64,000 bases of DNA from Savitreella phatthalungensis (Eukaryota). The position numbers were made by a program, and so were the translations under genes. Numbering within the stretch: position 1 is the stretch's first letter; every line of letters starts with the position of its first letter. Below the pieces are notes generated by a model. That model saw nothing but the letters and a program-made list of their open reading frames with translations. It was not told where the DNA came from and made no database searches. Below, piece after piece: positions 53,968 through 64,000 of this stretch. The stretch spans positions 310,001 to 374,000 of the forward strand of contig AP039703.1 in assembly GCA_051599415.1 (NCBI GenBank). The letters run 5' to 3'.

Positions 53968-56508
53968 CTACCTGACCGACGACTTGGTGCCGTCGTCTAA
54001 AGCATCACGCAAATTCTTCATGCGCTTGTCAGTCTGCTTGATGAGCTCTTCAAGTTGTGACCGGATATGTTGATCTTTCAAGTCGATTCTATTCGGAGCA
54101 AAGGGTGCTGATATGGCGCTGTCGTGTCCATCCCGCTCGGATAGCCATCGCCAAAGTTCGAGCTCTTCGGACAAAACATGTGCGGCGGCGTACCGACTGT
54201 GCTCTCGCTGTAAGAGCTCGTGTTTCTTGTCAAGTTCGTTGACGCTAGCCTGCGTGCGCAGGACAATTAGCAGCATGCCCATCACAACAGCGAACATGAG
54301 CCAAACAACATTGATGTGCGCCAGGAAGCCGGCCGATCTGGTCGAATGCGAAGACCTCGACAGAGGCGTCACAGGTGTGTACTGTGTGCGTTCGTTTGCT
54401 CCATCTTTGTGCATAATTGCAGAAGCTCTGCGGCCATTTGCTCTAGCCTTGCGTTGTTCTGCCATTGGCTCCAGCACCCTGCAATTATTTCGCAAGGCGC
54501 TAACCAGCGAATGGCTATACTCATGCTGTCCAGAAATGCTACCCTTCTCAATGACGCTTTTAAGCCAACTGCTTTTTGACCAAACCACATCACACTGAGT
54601 AACCAACCTCGTGTCGTCATGGTCACCCCACATCAAGCAGAAACGCGTCTTGACAGTGAAAGCATCCCCGCTAGGCACATCTGGCGAAACTGTTGTCTGC
54701 AAGATCTGCACATACTCGCCCGGTTCCTCTCGTTCGATTGCGTCGTCTATTAGACACCGCGTCTGTTTTGGGCCGACTGGGCCTGAGAGAGGCTTAATGT
54801 AGCTAATGGTTCGCTTCGCCGTTTGACCTTCGTGACTATATGCACTCATCTTAACATCTTGCAATTTTGCGATGTCACTCAAAAATGATTGCATGAACGT
54901 TGTGTCGTCGCTGGCCATAAGAGCCTGCACTGCCGGCATCGGCGCGTCGATAATTTCATCGAGAATCTCCGTCTTGAGCGCGGTACCATCAGTCAAACTT
55001 GGAGCTTGTGTTGGGCCATGCCTCGTGACCGCCGCGGCATTTTGATCGTGGTTCGACAGTTCTCGTGCTGCTGGTGTGATCTCTTCGCTAGCTCCCGCAT
55101 GCTCAAGCTCCTGTCTTGGTGATGCGGGAGCCGAGCTGGCTGCCTCGCTTGTCCTGTAAGAAGAGGCACCTGACTCCTGGTCAGAGGCATCGTCGGAATT
55201 GTACGAACCCGAATTGTTGTTCGATGAGTTGAAAGACTCTGTGTCGGACATGTCGTCAACATCTTGCACTTTGGCCCCGGCAGGCGCCAATTGTACTCCG
55301 CCCGGAGTAGACCTGACATGTGGATGCCCCTGTCTCCAGATATTGACCAGCAAATCGTAGACAGTATCTCTCGAAATGAACGAGGCAAAAGTATGCTTCG
55401 CGCTGCCAGTCGATACCTGGATAGCATTCGGAAAGATGGCAGCTGTGGAACGCTTCTCGATGGCAACAATGTCGCTAAATGCCACGACTAAATTGGTCAC
55501 CCAGCCAAAGATATTCGAGTTGAAGCACAGATTCTGCTCTGACACGTACATACGGCCTTGAATGAGAATCTCGCGCTGCAATGCACAGCCGTAATCATCG
55601 AGAAGATAGTCGGCCTCAGGCACGCTCCGGAAAGTGGCATGGAATTCGCGATTGCGCTTGTTTGAAGCGACTGCGTAGCGCGGTAGCTGTCTGGAAGCAC
55701 GAGTATATGCATCAAGTGTGCCAGCAATGGACAGACCAGCTGAGCTGCGACGCCGTGTCCGATGCGAACCACCGGTTCGACTTGAAGAAGAACGCGCACG
55801 GTACACATGGAGTCGTTTCCGAGCATCGAATACGTCACCTGACTCGCCGGCCATGTGCTCGAGAGACGCTGCATGCTGCGTTAGGTCGCGATGACTGGAT
55901 GGTCCGGTAGGAGACGGGATTCCCATGTCGCGCAATGAAAGTACATTGACGTCGTCCCTGACCTCAGCGTTATCGGCGTCCCGAGATGTCATGTCGTCTG
56001 CCATACCATTGCTCTCGCGGCCCAGTACCGTCGACCCAAAGGCGGTCGCAGCGCTGAACATGCTAGACAAAAAAGTGCCGCTCGGCGGCACAAGAGAAAA
56101 GCCCCTGCGAGCCGGCTTGTCGGACGAGAGCGAGTCTGTAGCCCTTTGTTCAGACACTCCAGTCACATGACTCGTGTCGATGCCAACCACTGCGGGCGCC
56201 GGGCCAGCCTTGCTTCGGGGAGGTGTCCCCAGGGCACTTGTAATCAATGATTCCTGCTTATCCCGGGCGAGGCTGCTGTTCCAAGATCTTTCGCGTTTCC
56301 TACCGCGCTCTTCATACTGCTCTGAGATGCTCGAATCACTCTGGTGAGTCAAAATCGACCTGGCGAGCGAAGCATCGCGGGAAGCAACAGGCTGGAGCAA
56401 TGGACCACTTGCCGTTGCGCTTGAGGAGCCACATGGTGTCTGTGCTGCGTCACCAGAGTCCTTGTAAGGACGGTCCTTAACGGAATGCGCTATCTGGGAT
56501 GGGCTCAT
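53968..56508 (-). CDS. Lam/Ltc-family membrane-contact-site sterol transfer protein (GRAM + VASt/StARkin + TM)
   Basis: RNREFH..F..VP..DYLLDDYGCALQREILIQGRMYVS...CFNSNIFGWVT (GRAM); YIKPL.GP.GPKQT, PDVPSGDAF.VKTR (VASt); C-terminal TM and coiled coil. Start at ATG 56508. Confidence 0.9.
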   Translation of the reverse strand: MSPSQIAHSVKDRPYKDSGDAAQTPCGSSSATASGPLLQPVASRDASLARSILTHQSDSSISEQYEERGRKRERSWNSSLARDKQESLITSALGTPPRSKAGPAPAVVGIDTSHVTGVSEQRATDSLSSDKPARRGFSLVPPSGTFLSSMFSAATAFGSTVLGRESNGMADDMTSRDADNAEVRDDVNVLSLRDMGIPSPTGPSSHRDLTQHAASLEHMAGESGDVFDARKRLHVYRARSSSSRTGGSHRTRRRSSAGLSIAGTLDAYTRASRQLPRYAVASNKRNREFHATFRSVPEADYLLDDYGCALQREILIQGRMYVSEQNLCFNSNIFGWVTNLVVAFSDIVAIEKRSTAAIFPNAIQVSTGSAKHTFASFISRDTVYDLLVNIWRQGHPHVRSTPGGVQLAPAGAKVQDVDDMSDTESFNSSNNNSGSYNSDDASDQESGASSYRTSEAASSAPASPRQELEHAGASEEITPAARELSNHDQNAAAVTRHGPTQAPSLTDGTALKTEILDEIIDAPMPAVQALMASDDTTFMQSFLSDIAKLQDVKMSAYSHEGQTAKRTISYIKPLSGPVGPKQTRCLIDDAIEREEPGEYVQILQTTVSPDVPSGDAFTVKTRFCLMWGDHDDTRLVTQCDVVWSKSSWLKSVIEKGSISGQHEYSHSLVSALRNNCRVLEPMAEQRKARANGRRASAIMHKDGANERTQYTPVTPLSRSSHSTRSAGFLAHINVVWLMFAVVMGMLLIVLRTQASVNELDKKHELLQREHSRYAAAHVLSEELELWRWLSERDGHDSAISAPFAPNRIDLKDQHIRSQLEELIKQTDKRMKNLRDALDDGTKSSVR

Positions 56509-56951
56509 AACGTTTGCTTCAGATCGACATGACCTTCGCCACCCGTAGAAAGGAGTAAAGTGCAGCCGTTCCACAACAGAATGACAGCAGGTGACACTCC
56601 AATAAGCTGACAATGTAGCGCTATCACAACCTGACCTCAAGGGGTCGAAGACCCCAAGTACGAGACGGGCTCAACCTTATTGGGCGTCTGCGATCTGTAG
56701 ATATTTGACACGAATGGGTCGAATTGCCGCGACTCATGATCATGCCCGATAAATCATAAAATATCACAGCAATATGAATTGATCGCTCGATGACGCACGC
56801 GCGTACGCCTTCATTTTGACACACACACACACACAGTATGTGACCATATAGCGTGTACGTAGCCTAGAAATTGTTAGCATAAGATATGTACATGTATGTG
56901 CCATAACAGAGACGATATACCTACATACATTGAGTCCGATGAGCGCCTGTA

Positions 56952-57719
56952 TCAAATTGTGAAAGTGCCTGTCTCGTGCTCAATACTTGGCGTGATTGTC
57001 GTGATGAACTTCAAAAAGATGACGAGGTACTGGTCCACACGCACTTGATCCTTGCCTGAAGCGCGAGTGATAAAGGTCTTCATCACTGCCGCATGCTTAC
57101 ATGGATGCACAGTGGCCATCGGGGTTGCCGCAGCGGAATGTGGGAAAGGCTCCATGGTCACAGTTTTCCCGACATGATCAGCGCTGACATCCTGGAAGAC
57201 TTCGTCGACCGTCAGAGGCACTCCCACTTCGGACCAGCCATACAGCCAAAATCGAGGCGTGCGATAGTACTTGTCGTAAGTGATGAATAGGTCATAAGTG
57301 CGGAACTCCACTGTCGATCCAACCACCCCGTCAGCAGTCTGCGCAGCCATCTCTTGCGATGAAATTCGCGCATCTATAGGTTTCTCTGCATTGTCGTGCT
57401 CAAGGCGCACTACGTTGCCCGTGATCGCTATTGCGTCAGCCTCGAAGGAATCATCCTCGACCGAAAAATGACTGACTTCGTCGGAAATTCGTGAAGTACA
57501 TGGTACATCTTTGCAGACTAGGTACTGCTTATTATTGGGCATGAAATGTCGCACAACAATGGAAGCGTCAGTCTGCCACGACCAGCTTGGAAATTGGTGG
57601 ACGAGATAGTCCCCAGCGTCAACAAATTCCTCTGGTGTCAATTGTCCCGAAGCGCGAAAGTCGGAGCTTTGCGCGACTGGGGTCAGCGCTTCGCGCCAGG
57701 ACCGTAAATTCGACAGCAT
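56952..57719 (-). CDS. ATG3: Autophagy E2-like enzyme Atg3
   Basis: GQLTPEEFV.AGDYLV..FP.W.W, KQYL, RTYDL.ITYDKYYRTPR.WL.G, catalytic HPCKHA, RVDQYL.IFLKF. Confidence 0.95.
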   Translation of the reverse strand: MLSNLRSWREALTPVAQSSDFRASGQLTPEEFVDAGDYLVHQFPSWSWQTDASIVVRHFMPNNKQYLVCKDVPCTSRISDEVSHFSVEDDSFEADAIAITGNVVRLEHDNAEKPIDARISSQEMAAQTADGVVGSTVEFRTYDLFITYDKYYRTPRFWLYGWSEVGVPLTVDEVFQDVSADHVGKTVTMEPFPHSAAATPMATVHPCKHAAVMKTFITRASGKDQVRVDQYLVIFLKFITTITPSIEHETGTFTI

Positions 57720-58065
57720 GTCAGCCGTACTGGAGCTCAGCGTCTTCAGAATTCGTAGCTCGCGTCAGAACTCATCTCAGGTTGTCAACAACGTGGCCTG
57801 CGCTTACTTAGGTGAATTGCTATGCGTGGCACATAGTTGATCTGGACTTTATATGGAGCCGGGTCGAGTCTGCATTTGGATTCACCCAAATGATGCTTCG
57901 GCACACCTAGATAATTTTGCGCTTGTGAGCTGAGGCTATTCGCGGATGCTCACCCTGTAAGATTGGGTAGTCGATCGATAAGCTGAGCACAAAACCGGAT
58001 GCCGATGATGGCGACGCTTTTATAAGATGGCATCTTTGATGGCACGTTGAAATGTGCAGGCAGCT

Positions 58066-61000
58066 ATGACGGATGATTCAAGCGTTCAGCGGCTCGACCG
58101 ATGTGTGTATGGTCTGCTACTAGGTACTATCGATCCGGAGACTGCCCGGCAGGAGATTGCCACCATCGCAGGACATGTCGGCATCCCACAGACCACCTTC
58201 AATTTTGCCGGATGCCTTCTCGTACGTCTCGAAGGCGTGTCTGAAAACACTCCTGTGCTAAATGACACCATCTCGACGAGGCTGGCTCAATTGACGCGCC
58301 TTTTTCTGGACACGCATAAGAGCCCGCCTTCGCTCGATTTCACAATACTCGATGAACTACTGGACGGAAGCACTCTTCAAGCAATTGGAAGGCTTAATTC
58401 CGCATCCGCATTTGCGAAACGAACCATTCGCGTGAGGACAGCGACTCTGTACAAGCAGCAAAAGTACAACCTTCTGCGCGAGGAAACCGAAGGATTTGGC
58501 AAGCTTGTGCTGCTTATATCTGGGTTTCTGAGTGAACACAGAAATCTTCAAGATCGAGAGCTTGGCACTCTGCTGATCAATCGAATTGACGCCGTCATGG
58601 GGATATTCGACCTAGACCCAACTCGTGTCCTCGATCTGCTCTTCGTCATCTGTACTTATTTTGTGGAGACAAAGTGGCTGCTTGTTCTATCAGTTCTGAG
58701 CCAAGGTTCGTGGTTCAGTGGTGGCTCGAAGTCGTGCGCGAGCCGCGCGGCTGCAAATATCATCAGTTCCCGATTGCGAATGGAAATCGAAGCTGGTTCG
58801 TGCTCTAAACAAGCCATGACCTTGCTTGCATTCCTTCTGCGCGACAATCTCTTGGACATGCAACATGTCTGGCCACATCTTGAGCCGTCTGAGGCATGCA
58901 GAAGACGGGAAACCGATGGCCATACTGACGCATTGCGAGCATCGATAAACGATGCCAAAGGTGTTAATGCACTCACAATGGCCGCACCTCTGCCTGATGA
59001 CGATGAAGTGACTGAGGGGGCGAAATTATCTCAGGATTGCTCACATAACCCCACAGAACCTGTCGACGATGGCAAAGCTGTTGGAAGGACGCAAAATGCC
59101 GCTGATGCTTATGCTGATCTGCTATCGGCACTACTTGCTATCCGCGCACTTACTGATGCGCGATTCGTACTGGCGGAGTTCCCGGTGTTGCCAGCATCGA
59201 GACCGTCCGTTGCAAGAGCTATAGCACGACTCATCGACGAAGCTGTCGAAGCTCTGTTGACATGCTCACACGCTGGACTGGCCAACGACGGTATCCTCAA
59301 TCGACGAAGTCAGCCCACGGACATCAAATATCGTGATTCAGACCTCAGTGAGATCCTCCCACCGGCATCGATGCCGACCACTGATGCTGGAGACGAGGGC
59401 CTGACGCAGGAAGTGCATTATTCATTTTTCCTTGGCAAATGTGGCCTCGAAAGGCGTATAGACGACACAGAGCTCTTCGCTTGGCTACACGTGGCTGGCG
59501 TCCAGCTCTATCACAGACCTGAAGTGATAGTCAAGCTCTGCCGCTACGCAAAACAGGTGATTGCAAACGCTCCTGATCGCTCGATCGCGCTTGCTGCATG
59601 GTCGAGCGTCATTCGCGGAAACATCCTCCCGGCATTATCCCTGATCGACCCAAATCCTAGCCTGGTAACTGACATCTTTGCTCTCCTTCGTGAGTACGAC
59701 CAAGAATGTCGCTTCTCCTTTTACGGCGAATGGCAGAGTCAGACCTACAAGAGCGTCCCGGAACTACGTGCTCAGCTAGTACGCTCAGAGAAGGAAGCCA
59801 AGGGCTTGCTCCGCAGGATTTCAAGTTCGAACGCAAAAGACTTCGGTCGACTGCTAGCCAAGGCAACTCATTCAAATCCGTGCGTCGTCCTGACGATTGC
59901 CCTCAATCAGATTGAAAGCTATGACAATCTTGTCGAGGTTGTGATCGAGGCGAGCAGGTATTTCACAATGCTGAGCTTCGATGTACTGACCTTCGTAATG
60001 TTAAGTCTCTTGTCAAGCAATGGGAAAGCGCGCCTGAAATCTGATGGCACGAGTGTCGCACATTGGTTGCAGAGCATCTCAGACTTTGTGTCAAAGATGT
60101 ATCGTCGATACAGTCATATGGATCCTGGGCCTATCTGCCTCTTCGCCGCGAAACGTCTCCACCTGAACAGTGCTCTGGAGATCATTGTGATTCAGGACCT
60201 GCTTCGTGAGATGGGAGGCATCGGTGTAGCGAATGATCTGTCAGACGAGCAATTAGCTGGCTGCACAGGAGGTCCACTGTTGCGCGCGCGATCGTTAAAG
60301 CTCATCAACACTTCTGAACAGTCACAGAAGACTGGGTCGAGGTTGATGGCTGCACTCGAGCGTACACGATTGACGGTGCCACTGCTCTGTCTCATTGCCA
60401 AACAGGCAAGCGAAGCACCGTTCCTCATCGGCGATGCCGATGCGCACCTGAAGTTGCTCGGCAACTTGACGGATCAATGTCAAGCGACCTTTTCACAATA
60501 CCTTGACTTTCTCGCGATTTTCCGCCAGGCTGCTGGGTCTGAAAGTGCTTTAGATCTGCTGCGAAGTCTACGAACTCGGATAGCATTGCCTTGGAGCACG
60601 ACTTTCGCTATTGTCCGTCCAATGCTGCGAGATTCAGTGCATACTCAATGGGCCGCGGACAACACAGAAATGCTAGACAGTGTGCTGGCCTTCGTTGCGG
60701 ACACAGATCCGCATCTGCACGCGGCTTCCTTCAGCTCATTTTGGAGCCTTTCCCTGTACGAGCTGTCGCCGCCCATACGTCGCTATGCAACAGAGCTCGC
60801 AGTATGTGGCTCAGACAAGCTTGCTATTGAGTCCGAGAGAGACGTGCAGACGGATACATCGGCGCGCGCAATTGAATTCTTGCACAATCAAGCTCTTGCC
60901 TGGTTTCGCGAGATTCCAGTCTCCTGGGTTCCCACAACTGTCAGGGACTGTATACTTCCGCGCGCCTTCGTCTCGCCAAATGATGCTATTTATGCTTCGC

Positions 61001-62442
61001 GATTCCTGCAAGTCATTCATGAGGCGGCTCCCGATGCTATGCCATTGTTTGACATCACAGAACTCTTGCTAGGTCCTCGGTTGTCCCAGTCTATTTTCAC
61101 TTCGACCGAACGAGAGGCGCAGAACTTCGGTCGATTCCTGGCTCATTGGGTGACATACCTACGCCACGTGATCGATCAAGGGACTGCGATCGCGAGACCA
61201 ACGGTGAATGGTGCTGCTTCAGAGAAAGCTGCGACACTAGAGCCAAACGAAATTGAAGACGTCTGGCTCGCCTGGCACAAGTCCATCTGGCAAGCTGTCA
61301 AATTATGCTTGAACTCAGGCGAGTATATGCACATCAGAAATAGCCTTGTACTTCTTGAAAGGCTGCCCGACGTTTTCCCGAGTTACCGATGGATCGGGCG
61401 CAATCTTATGAACGCTATCGACGACGTCGTCCGGGACGACACAAGAGAGGATATTAAGATCCGCGCTCAAGGCTACAAGGCAGTGCTGAAGAAGCGCGAA
61501 CATTCATGGATTGTCGTTGCAGATCTAACCAGGAATGATGGCACCACAATAGAAATCGGGAAGGCGGCTGAGGGTGCTGCTGATGTCGCTGCCGATGACC
61601 TCGCGGAAGAGGCGTCTATATCCAGGGCGGGAAGCGCTACAGGAGATGATTTGCACAGGGAGACTTCTTCGCAGCAGAAATCAAATACACCAATCAGCAC
61701 GCCGCCACGCGGGCTGCCGACGGCCCCGGCTGCAGATCAATCGCGCTCTTCACGTCACGAACCAGCTGCAGAGGGCAGCCAAAGCCGCCGGCAGTTGCGC
61801 ACGAGCACTGCAGTCTCGAGCGTTACCCCTACGCGAAACCTCCCTCGTTCTCTTGCGAAAGAGGCGAAAGGCAGTCATCGCGATCGTGGGGCTCCCCGAG
61901 ACCAGCGTCAGTCCGACGCGCATCGCAGTCAACGGCCGACTTCTCCGAAAGGCAGCCGCAGTCAACCAGTCAACCAACCACAAGAGCTTACACACGACGA
62001 AGAGCAACGGCGCAGCCACCGTGGGCCGCCTGAGCTTAAGAGCGTCCCGCGTGGGTCGACTCGATCCGAACGCAATGCCAATCACCAGTACGGACGTCCA
62101 GCGGGGCAGAGAGCTGTTGACGGAGCGCGGCCTGGGCCCAGCCGGGCTGATTACACACGTGAGAGGCATTCAGCCGCAGCCGATCGCGGGCCATCAAGGC
62201 CGATCGCACGGGATCTGCACAATAATCATCGTGACTCGCGGCTGGAGGGCCGACGAGCCGAGGACAACATGAGCCGACGTTCAGATAATCGCCCCGAAAG
62301 TTCCAACGAGACTACTGGACGCCGTCGTGATGTCGCAGGAACTAGGGCTCCAGATGATGCTCGTCTTGCACGTAATGAACAAGCTCGACGCGAAGCTGAT
62401 CGTGGTCAGGATGATCGAGCTATGAAACGCATCAGGCGTTGA
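58066..62442 (+). CDS. THO2: THO complex subunit 2 (Tho2/Rlr1)
   Basis: LYKQQKYNLLREETEG..KL, IFDLDPTRVLD, NQIESYDNL, HWLQS...F, FWSLSLYE, CILPR...SP.DA.Y, EYMHIRN, REDIK; Arg-rich tail. An upstream exon cannot be excluded. Confidence 0.92.
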   Translation: MTDDSSVQRLDRCVYGLLLGTIDPETARQEIATIAGHVGIPQTTFNFAGCLLVRLEGVSENTPVLNDTISTRLAQLTRLFLDTHKSPPSLDFTILDELLDGSTLQAIGRLNSASAFAKRTIRVRTATLYKQQKYNLLREETEGFGKLVLLISGFLSEHRNLQDRELGTLLINRIDAVMGIFDLDPTRVLDLLFVICTYFVETKWLLVLSVLSQGSWFSGGSKSCASRAAANIISSRLRMEIEAGSCSKQAMTLLAFLLRDNLLDMQHVWPHLEPSEACRRRETDGHTDALRASINDAKGVNALTMAAPLPDDDEVTEGAKLSQDCSHNPTEPVDDGKAVGRTQNAADAYADLLSALLAIRALTDARFVLAEFPVLPASRPSVARAIARLIDEAVEALLTCSHAGLANDGILNRRSQPTDIKYRDSDLSEILPPASMPTTDAGDEGLTQEVHYSFFLGKCGLERRIDDTELFAWLHVAGVQLYHRPEVIVKLCRYAKQVIANAPDRSIALAAWSSVIRGNILPALSLIDPNPSLVTDIFALLREYDQECRFSFYGEWQSQTYKSVPELRAQLVRSEKEAKGLLRRISSSNAKDFGRLLAKATHSNPCVVLTIALNQIESYDNLVEVVIEASRYFTMLSFDVLTFVMLSLLSSNGKARLKSDGTSVAHWLQSISDFVSKMYRRYSHMDPGPICLFAAKRLHLNSALEIIVIQDLLREMGGIGVANDLSDEQLAGCTGGPLLRARSLKLINTSEQSQKTGSRLMAALERTRLTVPLLCLIAKQASEAPFLIGDADAHLKLLGNLTDQCQATFSQYLDFLAIFRQAAGSESALDLLRSLRTRIALPWSTTFAIVRPMLRDSVHTQWAADNTEMLDSVLAFVADTDPHLHAASFSSFWSLSLYELSPPIRRYATELAVCGSDKLAIESERDVQTDTSARAIEFLHNQALAWFREIPVSWVPTTVRDCILPRAFVSPNDAIYASRFLQVIHEAAPDAMPLFDITELLLGPRLSQSIFTSTEREAQNFGRFLAHWVTYLRHVIDQGTAIARPTVNGAASEKAATLEPNEIEDVWLAWHKSIWQAVKLCLNSGEYMHIRNSLVLLERLPDVFPSYRWIGRNLMNAIDDVVRDDTREDIKIRAQGYKAVLKKREHSWIVVADLTRNDGTTIEIGKAAEGAADVAADDLAEEASISRAGSATGDDLHRETSSQQKSNTPISTPPRGLPTAPAADQSRSSRHEPAAEGSQSRRQLRTSTAVSSVTPTRNLPRSLAKEAKGSHRDRGAPRDQRQSDAHRSQRPTSPKGSRSQPVNQPQELTHDEEQRRSHRGPPELKSVPRGSTRSERNANHQYGRPAGQRAVDGARPGPSRADYTRERHSAAADRGPSRPIARDLHNNHRDSRLEGRRAEDNMSRRSDNRPESSNETTGRRRDVAGTRAPDDARLARNEQARREADRGQDDRAMKRIRR

Positions 62443-62463
62443 ATGAGCGTTCAGAATATTGAC

Positions 62464-63339
62464 CTATATGACCTCATATCCAATGAGATCGCGGTCGTGA
62501 TCGATGAAGAGGTTGAGCTGTCGACTGCCATCGCCCTTGGTGAAGAAGCCATTGCGCATTTGATCAAAGTAGAGCTCGTATGATGGATAGTAATGATCGA
62601 CAAATGCGATGACCTGTTCTGGTGACATGGCAGGAGAATGAGCCCGCAATTCTTGTTCCTGCTGCTCCCGCCATTGATAGACGTCTTCGATGGATTGCGG
62701 TATCAAGGCGATGAGAGCCTGTAACGGCGCGTCAGGTCCCATCACGCCTTTCATATAGTCACGCAGATTTTGATTGATTTGACGCACACTCTGAGGAGCA
62801 TAGCGTAGCGTTCGCCTATATTGATTTGAATCGTCCATACAGTCCCAAATGCGAGAAAGAGCAGAATCGTCCAAAGGCCGAAAGCCTACACCCCAACCTT
62901 CGAATATAACACATTCCGGAGCGTGTTCAATACGAGGCCATTGCTCGGGTGTAGCTCTATCGCCTGCGCCATCGAACGCTGATTTGTCGTAAGATGGCAG
63001 CTGTATTGGCAATTCGCCAGTTTGCAATCTTTGCAGAGTGTCTCGAGCTAGCTCGAGGTCGTGCGTGCCGAATTGCCCGCGAGTGCTCAGCAGCCTGTTC
63101 TCTTGGTTGTTTCTGGCAAGCTTAACTTGGTCATCATGCGTCAGGTAGACATCGTCGAGCGACAGCTGCACAGTCTGGACACCTGAGGCGATCAAAGCCG
63201 ATTGCAGCTTGCGTACAAGGGTGGATTTGCCCGACCCCTGGATTCCTGAAAGTCCAACAAAGAAAGGTTTTTGGATGGCGCTCTTGACAAGCGGCAGCAG
63301 CCAAGAGCATATAATTTGTTCGGTCGACCTCTTCTCCAT
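62464..63339 (-). CDS. P-loop kinase, D-glycerate 3-kinase / Tda10-like
   Basis: GLSGIQGSGKST, SLDDVYLTH..Q, RGQFGTHD, PSYDKSAFDGAGDR, IFEGW.VGF, VYQWR.QQE, FVD.YYPSYE. Confidence 0.87.
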   Translation of the reverse strand: MEKRSTEQIICSWLLPLVKSAIQKPFFVGLSGIQGSGKSTLVRKLQSALIASGVQTVQLSLDDVYLTHDDQVKLARNNQENRLLSTRGQFGTHDLELARDTLQRLQTGELPIQLPSYDKSAFDGAGDRATPEQWPRIEHAPECVIFEGWGVGFRPLDDSALSRIWDCMDDSNQYRRTLRYAPQSVRQINQNLRDYMKGVMGPDAPLQALIALIPQSIEDVYQWREQQEQELRAHSPAMSPEQVIAFVDHYYPSYELYFDQMRNGFFTKGDGSRQLNLFIDHDRDLIGYEVI

Positions 63340-63848
63340 CGACAGAGCTCGTTGCTAGCCTTCACTGCCAAGACCTGATTGCGAATGACCCGGAGTGCAA
63401 AGAACATAAACAGCTGTTGACGGAAATTAGCTTGCACAGACACGATACACAGTAAACAGATCCAAGCCCTTCCAAGAGCGCTTGCTCATTGTTCGTGGTT
63501 GCGGCGGGACTACGAAATGATTGATCGAACCTAGCTAGAAATCCCTGTACACCCATCTGAGCAATTACAGCTGAACTGGCATTATCTATAACGACCTCGA
63601 GATGGAGCATACAGCTCTATTTGTTGTCAGGGCGTAGTTGGAAATAGAAATTGGGTTGTTACTAATAATAGAGCCTCCTCTCTCAGCTACGCGATTGTGG
63701 AGACCACGTCAAAGGGGCATTCAGCTTGGACTACCAACAAAGGGGTTCGAACGGTCGAACTTCGGAAGCACAGTCGACGCTACCTATGTCGCGTACGAAT
63801 CTACGCATACAAGGTATCAAATCCGAAAGTTGAGGCCGCGTTTCAGCA

Positions 63849-64000
63849 ATGTCGCGCTCTCATGGTTGGCCGGACAAGAGATACGAGAGGAATCAAAATG
63901 ACTCGCCCTTTGACGATCGTCACCGGGACGATGGTCGGCACGAACAGCAGGGCAACGACTATGGCTCCGACCGAGATGACACGAGGAGTTACATTAAGCG
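63849..64000 (+). CDS. Probable 5' end of a gene running off the window (Arg/Asp-rich N-terminus)
   Basis: ATG at 63849 opens MSRSHGWPDKRYERNQNDSPFDDRHRDDGR..., with no stop before the window end; divergent from the kinase gene. Confidence 0.45.
   Translation, partial: MSRSHGWPDKRYERNQNDSPFDDRHRDDGRHEQQGNDYGSDRDDTRSYIK

Noticed and set aside
1..64000. A functional cluster (MEF2+GUF1; Rsm1+THO2+NOT3+ELL; VPS17+SNF7+ATG3; sidA+Zn2Cys6 TF)
   Set aside because: Members are tens of kb apart and interleaved with unrelated housekeeping genes; consistent with chance.

Overview
Gene-dense, intron-poor chromosomal segment of an ascomycete fungus. A Taphrinomycotina-like yeast is inferred from ELL-, Rsm1-, CTNNBL1- and RBM42-type genes, compact spacing, and short GT-AG introns with CTRAC branch points; the genetic code appears standard. 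About 33 protein-coding genes, mostly housekeeping: Rsm1-like, MEF2, VPS17, spliced S1/P1 nuclease, CTNNBL1, RBM42, TPT-family transporter, PAH1/lipin, Ies4-like, siderophore ornithine monooxygenase SidA/Sib2, ELL-like, ICL1, CPR6, HAS1, GPI wall protein, IPK1, CBM48/Crp1-like, SNF7, GET3, Zn2Cys6 TF, Atf1-like bZIP, GUF1, NOT3/5, Rrg8-like, GRAM-VASt sterol transfer protein, ATG3, THO2 and a glycerate-kinase-like protein. I found no rRNA, tRNA, CRISPR array, intact transposon or coherent novel gene cluster. The most unusual signals are non-coding or gene-architectural: a ~375-bp degenerate fold-back at 19.6-20.0 kb; a two-AUG/two-acceptor splice arrangement in the Crp1-like gene; a 5'-leader hairpin holding an in-frame uAUG; two convergent genes sharing one CTAG for both stop codons; drifting period-4 arrays upstream of several genes; and short tandem duplications in promoters. 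All calls come from reading motifs by eye, with no database search.
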